Source of the DNA: Anaerolineae bacterium
Lineage (GTDB): Bacteria > Chloroflexota > Anaerolineae > VGOG01
Assembly (NCBI GenBank): GCA_049589355.1
Contig: JBAWAP010000434.1
Location: 177-64,176 of the forward strand
Length of the DNA stretch: 64,000 bases
Reading direction: 5' to 3'
Below, piece after piece: positions 20,574 through 27,324 of this stretch (position 1 is its first letter; each line of letters starts with the position of its first letter). The notes beneath the pieces were generated by a model. That model worked only from the letters and a program-made list of their open reading frames with translations, searched no databases and was not told the origin of the DNA. The translations under genes were made by a program, and so were the position numbers.

Positions 20574-20582
20574 ACCTGCGTA

Positions 20583-20990
20583 TTAGTTCACGCCAAGAAC
20601 TACCTCGAAATCCCGAGGCGCACTTGTAACACGCTTGCCAGGATCGGGGACTTGTGGCATACCCCCAGTGCCCGATCTGAACCCAGATTGCCACACTGCG
20701 GGTAGAGTTGCCTTGCCGAGATCATCCACTCGTGAGTGGACCTCATCCAGTGCCAACAGCGACCAAAGCATCGGCACCCAGGAAAAGGCGGCCAGGCAGG
20801 CGGTGGGCCAATCGTGGCCGGCCAGCCAGAAGAAGACGACGGCGCAGCCGATCAGCCAGACGAGGAAAGCCGCGGTGCGCAGTGGGCCAGTGAGGGTCAC
20901 TTCGAAAAAGAAGAGGATCACTACCAGGGCGTATCCCAGCCAGGGGGCTGACCAGCGGGGCCAGCGCCGCCACCAGGCATAAGTGGTCAC
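20583..20990 (-). CDS. Hypothetical membrane protein, possibly truncated at its N-terminus by repeat copy 1
   Basis: Hydrophobic ORF (LGYALVVILFFFEVTL..., FLVWLIGCAVVFFWLAG). The start abuts the repeat at 21004. Confidence 0.3.
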   Translation of the reverse strand: MTTYAWWRRWPRWSAPWLGYALVVILFFFEVTLTGPLRTAAFLVWLIGCAVVFFWLAGHDWPTACLAAFSWVPMLWSLLALDEVHSRVDDLGKATLPAVWQSGFRSGTGGMPQVPDPGKRVTSAPRDFEVVLGVN

Positions 20991-21003
20991 CGCCAGGCAG
21001 ATG

Positions 21004-21096
21004 ACAGTGGAAACCCTTGCAAGTCAACCACCAGTATGATGCCCAGCCCGAAAAGCAAGAGCGGGGGGTGTCTTAGACCTCCCGCTTTGGTTTTAG
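21004..21096 (-). repeat. Terminator-promoter repeat, copy 1 (degenerate: -35 and an imperfect hairpin only)
   Basis: aaacccttgcaagtcaaccaccagtatgatgcccagcccgaaaagcaagagcggggggtgtcttagacctcccgctttggtttt aligns with the other copies but lacks the TATAAT half. Confidence 0.6.
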
Positions 21097-21282
21097 CCCC
21101 TTTTCAGCGAGGCCAGAATTGGACCTGAAAGGATCGGGATTGAAATCATCCGATTGCACCACAAGAACAGGCCGGCGATACCCTGGCTCTGAACCCACTG
21201 GCTCAGGCAGCGTGGCCCACCAGATCTCCCCGCGCCGAATCACCACGTTTCCCCCACAGAAGCCAGTTGGATGTGTACCCAA
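21073..21282 (-). pseudogene. MazF/PemK-family toxin fragment, C-terminally truncated with tail ...KREV supplied by repeat copy 1
   Basis: RRGEIWWATLPEPVGSEPGYRRPVLVVQSDDFN is the MazF N-terminal half. The ORF ends inside the repeat, only about 69 aa against ~110 for MazF. Confidence 0.55.
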
Positions 21283-21473
21283 GCTGGGTCCATAGCCGAG
21301 GGCTCAGTAGCATACACTCGGTTGAGCGTCTCCGTGATCTCGCTGCGCTGGTGTGCAGTCACGTAAGCAGCCACCGCAGCCGTATAGAGCTCACTGAGCG
21401 ACATACCGAGCGTTTGCGCGAGTTGCTCAGCCGCTTCCGAGATCGGACGGGGAATAGCGATCTCTGCTTTCAT
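21240..21473 (-). CDS. Putative RHH/MazE-like antitoxin
   Basis: MKAEIAIPRPISEAAEQLAQTLGMSLSELYTAAVAAYV..., small, directly upstream of and overlapping the MazF fragment. Confidence 0.5.
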   Translation of the reverse strand: MKAEIAIPRPISEAAEQLAQTLGMSLSELYTAAVAAYVTAHQRSEITETLNRVYATEPSAMDPAWVHIQLASVGETW

Positions 21474-21919
21474 CAGAACTTATCCTTTGGCTTGTCAAGT
21501 TCAGCAAGATCGGGCGGGGGGTGTTCACCCACCGCATACAGTATTCGCCGTAGATTGACTAACCCCGCCTTGTTTAAGTGTAGTGTCTCAACGGTAGCAC
21601 GGCCTGTTGGTGTCATCCCAATAATGAGCGTGCAGTCATCGTTCCACGCAAAATGCTCAGCCCATTGCTGACGACGGGGATGGTAAAGGGGAACAATTCG
21701 CCCACTGCCTGGGTCCATCCCCTCCGTTTTGGTATATTTGTGGTTGTTGCAACTTTGACAAGACAGTGCCAGATTATCCAGCGTAGTTTGTCCACCTTGA
21801 CTTTGGGGAATGATATGCTCAATGGAAAATGGTTGGTTCGTGAAGCGTAGCTGGCTATGGCAATATTCACAGCAGCCGCGCTCGACTGATAACGATGCGT
21901 TTCTGTTGGGCGGTAACAC
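21473..21919 (-). CDS. HNH endonuclease
   Basis: CEYCHSQ...IEHIIPQSQGG...NLALSCQSCNNHK is an HNH motif. Confidence 0.7.
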   Translation of the reverse strand: MLPPNRNASLSVERGCCEYCHSQLRFTNQPFSIEHIIPQSQGGQTTLDNLALSCQSCNNHKYTKTEGMDPGSGRIVPLYHPRRQQWAEHFAWNDDCTLIIGMTPTGRATVETLHLNKAGLVNLRRILYAVGEHPPPDLAELDKPKDKF

Positions 21920-21924
21920 GTTTG

Positions 21925-22329
21925 CTAGACAACGGCCGGCACCTGTATCCCCAAGTCTTCCATTAAGGCGGGCAGCGAAGTCTGGCGCAGGCGGGCCAAC
22001 TCAGCCAGGTACTCAAGACGCTGCACATTTAGCTCACCAAGCTGGTCTGTCAGGTGCATCAACTCCTCACGCTCACCAGGCGTAAGGGTTTCTTCCTGGC
22101 GTTTGGCCACTAATGCGTCACACCGTGCTTGAAGGTTAACCGGAAATGCACTCTGATTGATTTTGAGCAAAAGTTCAGCCTCTCTACGGGGCAGGACGGG
22201 AGCCCGCCGTCGCGCCAGGAGCCTAACGATTTGTTGGGCAAACTGTTCCAGGTCCGGTAAACTCAACTGCTCAACAGCTTTCAATAGTTCATCAGAAGGT
22301 AACTCCATTGTAATTTGAATAGTGGGCAT
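21925..22329 (-). CDS. Hypothetical protein in a cassette with the HNH nuclease
   Basis: Start MPTIQITMELPSDELLKAVEQLS at ATG 22329 with AAAGGGGAAAGGA RBS. I do not recognise a family. Confidence 0.4.
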   Translation of the reverse strand: MPTIQITMELPSDELLKAVEQLSLPDLEQFAQQIVRLLARRRAPVLPRREAELLLKINQSAFPVNLQARCDALVAKRQEETLTPGEREELMHLTDQLGELNVQRLEYLAELARLRQTSLPALMEDLGIQVPAVV

Positions 22330-22430
22330 ATCCTTTCCCCTTTCAGAAGGTTTATTATGCAAGAATCTCGTCCGTCTAGCAAACTTGCCACAACGGGGCA
22401 GGGTAGGCATGATCAGGAACTTCTTAATCG

Positions 22431-22643
22431 CTATATCTCTGTCAGTTCTGGAACATGTTCGTCCTCATACTTTTCAATCAGCACGCCAATCACTTCCATC
22501 AACGAGGCTAAGGGATGACTTTCATTCTCACCTACTATGTCAATCAAAGTGTCAAGTAAAGCCACGAGCCGTTGGTATTCACTCTCAGCATGAGGAACAA
22601 ATACGACTGGTTCTAGCAATGTGCATCTGCCGTTCCTACTCAT
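22431..22643 (-). CDS. HigA-like antitoxin N-terminal fragment (no HTH domain)
   Basis: ...SEYQRLVALLDTLIDIVGENESHPLASLMEVIGVLIEKYEDEHVPEL resembles the N-terminal region of HigA-family antitoxins and ends before any HTH. Confidence 0.35.
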   Translation of the reverse strand: MSRNGRCTLLEPVVFVPHAESEYQRLVALLDTLIDIVGENESHPLASLMEVIGVLIEKYEDEHVPELTEI

Positions 22644-22695
22644 TTATGTACGTGTTATTGCTCTCTGGATTTGCTTTTCACGTTGCGCCTAATTA

Positions 22696-22711
22696 GTGGA
22701 CATCTGTCCAC
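22696..22711. promoter_or_regulatory. Perfect palindrome GTGGACA-TC-TGTCCAC in the leader of the cassette, candidate operator
   Basis: 7-bp inverted arms with a 2-nt spacer, between the copy-2 promoter and the HigA-like gene. Confidence 0.3.
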
Positions 22712-22758
22712 CTAGCCACCCGATTTGGGATACTAGGCAGACATTGTAATGCGCAAGC

Positions 22759-22899
22759 AAGGCTTTTGCGGAAACCCGTGGGACTTCCCTTGTTGCTCGT
22801 TATTATACAGCAGAAGCCCTTGCAGGTCAACCACCAGTACGATGGCTAGTCCGAAAAGCAAAAGCGGGGGGCTTCTTAGACCTCCCGCTTTGCTTCTAC
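22759..22899 (-). repeat. Terminator-promoter repeat, copy 2
   Basis: Minus strand: hairpin (GAAGCAAAGCGGGAGG ... CCCCCCGCTTTTGCTTTTC) then TTGACC (22830..22825), N17, TATAAT (22807..22802). Supplies the KREV-stop tail of gene 22876..23337. Confidence 0.8.
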
Positions 22900-23337
22900 G
22901 TTGTCCAATTCCAAAAGGCGCACGTCTTCCAGATCCTGTTCCCGTCCCGCCGCCCGTTTGGAAGCTATCAAATCCACTTTGGATACCACGTAGAACTCTT
23001 GTCCTTGATACATCATCGTTTCACGGCGTTGCCACGCGGTCTCGAAGACTAAGCCGGGGGTACTCGTTTGTACATCAATCCGCACCCAATCTTTGAAAAC
23101 CGTGATTTCGTGGGCCAGTATGCCTTGCGCAGAAGTAAGCGCGGCAGTGCCGAATCTTTCTTCTAGCAGTGCGTCCAATAGACGTTGGGCATTCTCTGGT
23201 GTGGCTTCAATGAGAATGTCCAGATCAAAGGTCACGCGGGGCACGCCGTGTAACACCGCCGCGATACCGCCGATAACAACATACTTGACGTTATGCCGGT
23301 GTAAGGACGCGAACACGCCCTGCAAGCGGTTGAGCAT
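22876..23337 (-). CDS. Nucleotidyltransferase-like protein (MNT/AbiEii-like fold)
   Basis: MLNRLQGVFASLHRHNVKYVVIGGIAAVLHGVPRVTFDLDILIEATPENAQRLLDAL. ATG 23337. C-terminus ...EAKREV is encoded by repeat copy 2. Confidence 0.45.
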   Translation of the reverse strand: MLNRLQGVFASLHRHNVKYVVIGGIAAVLHGVPRVTFDLDILIEATPENAQRLLDALLEERFGTAALTSAQGILAHEITVFKDWVRIDVQTSTPGLVFETAWQRRETMMYQGQEFYVVSKVDLIASKRAAGREQDLEDVRLLELDNVEAKREV

Positions 23338-23494
23338 CTTTCTGCTCCACAATATGCGGGTTCACGGTCAATATCAAATCCGTGAAGAGGCACAATAGTT
23401 CCATACGCTCAGCCAGGGGCAATGCTTGAAACCAACGAGCTTTGGCTTCAATGGTCTCTTCCTGATAGCTGTGAGAAATAGCTTGATCTATCAT
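23291..23494 (-). CDS. Small hypothetical protein, possible partner of the nucleotidyltransferase
   Basis: MIDQAISHSYQEETIEAKARWFQALPLAERMELL..., ATG 23494 with GGAG 9 nt upstream. First gene after the copy-3 promoter. Confidence 0.35.
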   Translation of the reverse strand: MIDQAISHSYQEETIEAKARWFQALPLAERMELLCLFTDLILTVNPHIVEQKDAQPLAGRVRVLTPA

Positions 23495-23532
23495 CCACGC
23501 AACTCCGACACGAAGCATATCCTACTTGATGA

Positions 23533-23765
23533 AAGGCTTTTTGCAGAAGCCCGCGGGACAATCCCTCGTTACTCGTATTATACAGCAGAAGCCCTTGCAG
23601 GTCAACCACCAGTGCGATGCCCGGCACACAAGCAAAAGCGGGAGGCGCTTACTACCTCCCGCTCTGCTTCTAGACAAGTGTGCAGTTACCGTTCGGCTGA
23701 TGGTTCATCAGGCATGTCCTGAGCCCCGCTCCATAGCCACCTGCTTGGCGAACGGATCGCAGAGT
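23533..23765 (-). repeat. Terminator-promoter repeat, copy 3 (long form with ~95-nt 3' extension shared with copy 4)
   Basis: Minus strand: 17-bp hairpin (GAAGCAGAGCGGGAGG-TAGTAAGCG-CCTCCCGCTTTTGCTT), then TTGACC (23605..23600), N17, TATAAT (23582..23577). The extension holds a CTGATG-GTT-CATCAG hairpin. Confidence 0.8.
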
Positions 23766-23791
23766 GAGCTGTTAGCCGCCCTTACCCATCC

Positions 23792-26614
23792 TTATACTCC
23801 CACCGCACACCGCGCCAGAATATCCTGAATGTCCCCCGGCTGCCGCGCCACCGCCCACCGCCAGCGGCCAAATCCGCCGTGGGCGTTGACGGCGTTTACC
23901 CACTCGTCCAGAAACCGCCGTTTGACGCGATCTTGCTCGGTATCCCGCCCCTTGGTCTCCAGAATCAGCATCTCCTCAGTGTTCAGGTGGATCAGGAAAT
24001 CAGGTCGGTATTTGCGCACTACGCCACGATAGATGTACAGCACTTCAAAGCCCAGGTGGTCGTTCTTGACCCACGCCACGACCCCCGGATGGTGGTCCAG
24101 CACATACGCATCGGAGGCCTCCCACGTGCTGTCATACACGCAGAAGTTGATGTGAGACTTTTTCGTCCTCTCGCACGGCTTGCCGGTGTACCAGGTGCTC
24201 ATATCGCCGGTGGCGCGGATGGGATGGTCGCGGTCAAAGACCGGCTCCAGCCGCTCGGTGTTCTCAAAACGCACGGCATCCCAGATGTGCTGCACCACTT
24301 TGGTCATATTGAGCGTGATGATCAGGCGGCGACGCAGCTCGTCCTGGTAGAACAGCGGCGGGTGGATGGCAATCTTGTCGGAGTGGATAAACTGCTCCAC
24401 CAGGCGCACCAACTGCGCCAGCAGCAGCTCCTTGCTCCCCTTCCAGGTGTGCTGCATCTGGTCGTAGACATCGCGCGCCGTCACAAAGACGATGCGCTGG
24501 GTACGGAACTCGCGCGCCAGCCGTTCGAGTTCGATGCGATCCACCTGCGTTACGTCCGGCTTGCCTTCTAGGATGGGGGCCAGTTCGGCCACTTGCGCGG
24601 TGCGGGCGGCGTCCAGTTCCAGCGGCTGGACGCGGTCCCAGTCCAGCGTCAGGGTGGGCCGGTACACGTGGTCAATGCGCACGACGTTGGGCCAGCGAAT
24701 CTCGTACTGCGACTTGGCCGGGTCTGGTTCGATGGGGGTCTTGGGCTGCGGCGGAGGCGGGACAACTCCCTCGCCGCCCTCGTGCGGCAGGAAGGTGAAC
24801 GGCACGCCAAAGATGTTGACGTACTCAGGATCGAACAGGCCGGTCTCCGGGTTGACCTCGTAGGTGGTGCGACGCAGCCCCCGCCCGACCACCTGCTCGC
24901 ACAGGAGTTGGCTGGTAAAGGCGCGCAGGCCCATGATGTGCGTCACTGTCTTGGCATCCCACCCCTCACTGAGCATCCCCACCGAGATGACGCTCTGCAC
25001 CTTCTCACCGGGCTGGCCAACACGCCCAATCGTGTCCACCATCTGGCGCAGCAACTCCGCCTGTTCGCTCTTGGTCAGCTTGCGGACCGGCGCGGCGTCC
25101 TCCTCTTCCGCTTCGTCTTCCGGGTTGAGTTCCACCGGGACAAGCGGCTCTTCCCGCGCCTCGGCCTCGGCCAGCACCTTTGAATCAATGTGCAGGATGC
25201 GCTCCGGGTCACACAGTTCGTCAATGTGCACTTTCTTGTGGTCAAAGGCGTGTTTGACCCGCGCCGCCGTCTCGGTGCGGTTGCCGACGGTGATCATCAC
25301 CGGCGGGGTGGGCAGGCCGGCTCTCTCCCATTCCCGCGCCGTCTCGCGCCAATCGTAGCCCAGCAGGTAATAGCCGTTGAGCACCAGGTCGGGCAGCGGC
25401 TCGTGCGCTCGGGCGCGGCGGTTCAGGTCGTCCTTCACCTCCGGGTCGTTGTAGATGTGGTAGAGGCGCGATTTGTAGGTTTTGGCGTCCGGCACGGCGT
25501 CGTCGCGCACCACCACGCGCGGCGTCTTGACCAGGCCCGACTCGATGGCGTCGTTCAGCCCGAAATCGCTCACAATCCAGCCGAACAGCGCCTCCTCTGT
25601 GGTCTGTTTGCCGGACGGCGAAAACGGCGTGGCGGAGAAGTCGTAGCAGGTCAGAATCCCCCGCGTGCGATGCAGGCGGTCCAGGCCGCCGACCCAGATG
25701 GTGGCTTCCTGGGCGCTGTCCTTCATGTCGCGCGTGCGCAGGTACTTGCCGACGGCTTCCACGTTCACGCGCCAGGCGTGGTGCGCTTCGTCGTTGATGA
25801 CCAATAGATTGCGGGCCTTGGCCATCTCACCCAGTATCTCGCGGGTGTAGGCCTCGTCGCTCTTGGCCCCGCGCTTGTCCACGCTGCGCTTGCGGGCGAT
25901 CTGCTCCTCACTCTCCCAGTTGAGGACGTGCCAGTTGCGCACCAGCACCCGCCCCTGGCGCAGTTTGTCCAACAGCGCCGAGGGCACGATGCGAAACGCC
26001 TCGTAGTAGTTGCCCGGCGCCGACGGTATCAGCACCGCCAGGCGGCTTTTGACCGTCAGCCCAGGCGCGATGACCAGCACGTTTTTGGCAAAGCGGGCGT
26101 CCTGCGGATAAGTGACCTTGTTCAGGATGTGCCAGGCGATGGTCATGGCCATGACGATGGTCTTGCCGGCGCCGGTGGCCATCTTGCAGCAGCGGCGCAG
26201 AAACTCCCCGCCGTCGGAGGGGATGTCAATGCCCACCCGCTCGGCGGCGGGCGCTTCGGTCAGCCAGATCAGCGTCTCCACCGCTTCCAGTTGGCAGAAG
26301 AAAAAACGCCGCGCCTCGTATTCCTCCGGGTCGGTCCAGTGCTCCAGCAGGCGACTGGTGATGCTGCTCACGCCGGGATAGCCCGCCTCGCGCCAGGCCT
26401 TGACGCGCGGGCGAATCTGGTTGACCAGCGGGATTGGCACAAAGATGCCGGGATCGTCGAAGGCTTTGGAACTCTCCGAGGCCACGACGTACCCCGCCGG
26501 GCGGCGGCCTTCTTCCAACGAGAACAGGCGCGTCTCGCGGTCGTAGCGCCAGTGGCGCGTCGGCTCCGCGTAGGGCGTGTTGATGATGAGGCGGTCAATA
26601 GTGGTCTGGGCCAT
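23792..26614 (-). CDS. res: Type III restriction enzyme, Res subunit (SF2 helicase)
   Basis: 940 aa. DEAH box VINDEAHH, ATP-binding MATGAGKT, N-terminus typical of type III Res. Confidence 0.85.
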   Translation of the reverse strand: MAQTTIDRLIINTPYAEPTRHWRYDRETRLFSLEEGRRPAGYVVASESSKAFDDPGIFVPIPLVNQIRPRVKAWREAGYPGVSSITSRLLEHWTDPEEYEARRFFFCQLEAVETLIWLTEAPAAERVGIDIPSDGGEFLRRCCKMATGAGKTIVMAMTIAWHILNKVTYPQDARFAKNVLVIAPGLTVKSRLAVLIPSAPGNYYEAFRIVPSALLDKLRQGRVLVRNWHVLNWESEEQIARKRSVDKRGAKSDEAYTREILGEMAKARNLLVINDEAHHAWRVNVEAVGKYLRTRDMKDSAQEATIWVGGLDRLHRTRGILTCYDFSATPFSPSGKQTTEEALFGWIVSDFGLNDAIESGLVKTPRVVVRDDAVPDAKTYKSRLYHIYNDPEVKDDLNRRARAHEPLPDLVLNGYYLLGYDWRETAREWERAGLPTPPVMITVGNRTETAARVKHAFDHKKVHIDELCDPERILHIDSKVLAEAEAREEPLVPVELNPEDEAEEEDAAPVRKLTKSEQAELLRQMVDTIGRVGQPGEKVQSVISVGMLSEGWDAKTVTHIMGLRAFTSQLLCEQVVGRGLRRTTYEVNPETGLFDPEYVNIFGVPFTFLPHEGGEGVVPPPPQPKTPIEPDPAKSQYEIRWPNVVRIDHVYRPTLTLDWDRVQPLELDAARTAQVAELAPILEGKPDVTQVDRIELERLAREFRTQRIVFVTARDVYDQMQHTWKGSKELLLAQLVRLVEQFIHSDKIAIHPPLFYQDELRRRLIITLNMTKVVQHIWDAVRFENTERLEPVFDRDHPIRATGDMSTWYTGKPCERTKKSHINFCVYDSTWEASDAYVLDHHPGVVAWVKNDHLGFEVLYIYRGVVRKYRPDFLIHLNTEEMLILETKGRDTEQDRVKRRFLDEWVNAVNAHGGFGRWRWAVARQPGDIQDILARCAVGV

Positions 26615-27020
26615 CGGTTCCCTCGCTCTCTACCGCCGCGCTCACCTGCTCTTCTGCCCAGCGGCGCACGTCTGCGACCACACTCGCCGCATCGGATAGC
26701 GAGGTGAGTTCGATCTCCATATCGTCGTAACGGAAGGTGACGGCAAAGGGATTCAAGCGGCGCAGTTGACCCTCCGGGACCGGCAACACGATGCCGCGCT
26801 CGCTCAACAATCGCGCCAGTTTGACCAGGTCGTGTACGCGCTCGAACTCGATCCGGCGCGAGAACAAGACCGCCTTGAGCGATTTTTCCACGGCCTGTTG
26901 GGCGTGGAAACAGATCATCGAAATGTGAACTTCTGGCCTTGCTCTGAGCGCGTCGAAAGCCTGGATGTCGCGGTCTGCCAGACGCAGCGACCGCCAAGCT
27001 TCTTCAATGTGCGGCTTCAT
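26595..27020 (-). CDS. HEPN-domain protein (toxin-like) embedded between mod and res
   Basis: ...ICFHAQQAVEKSLKAVL...RVHDLVKLARLL is HEPN-like. Overlaps the MNT gene by 17 nt and the res start by 20 nt. Confidence 0.7.
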   Translation of the reverse strand: MKPHIEEAWRSLRLADRDIQAFDALRARPEVHISMICFHAQQAVEKSLKAVLFSRRIEFERVHDLVKLARLLSERGIVLPVPEGQLRRLNPFAVTFRYDDMEIELTSLSDAASVVADVRRWAEEQVSAAVESEGTDGPDHY

Positions 27021-27324
27021 ATAAGGCTCTCCCTTCCTTGCGCGCCCAATACAGCACGGTACCCGGCACCTGGCTGCGTCGCCGGTATTCTGCTTCCGAA
27101 TACACCAGCACGTCCACCCCCAAGCCGATATGGCTTACCGCTTCGTGCAGGCGGATCATCTCGGCATACTGGTCGGGTACTTCCGGCTCAATTACCATGA
27201 GGTCCAGGTCCGAACCGGCGTCGGCGTCGCCGCGCCCATAGGAACCGAACAGGATCACGCGGCTGGGTTGCGCCGCCGCGACGATGCGCTTCACGACTTC
27301 TTGCAGGGTTTGCTCGTCAATCAT
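27004..27324 (-). CDS. Minimal nucleotidyltransferase (MNT), partner of the HEPN protein
   Basis: GSYGRGDADAGSDLDLMV is the NTase motif GS..RG......SD.DL. Start overlaps the mod stop. Confidence 0.75.
   Translation of the reverse strand: MIDEQTLQEVVKRIVAAAQPSRVILFGSYGRGDADAGSDLDLMVIEPEVPDQYAEMIRLHEAVSHIGLGVDVLVYSEAEYRRRSQVPGTVLYWARKEGRALYEAAH

Noticed and set aside
20386-20694. 102-aa ORF overlapping the leader region
   Set aside because: Its first 59 codons lie upstream of a strong promoter (20545..20573). The internal ATG at 20517 with its own SD gives the aromatic-rich leader peptide that fits the attenuator model.
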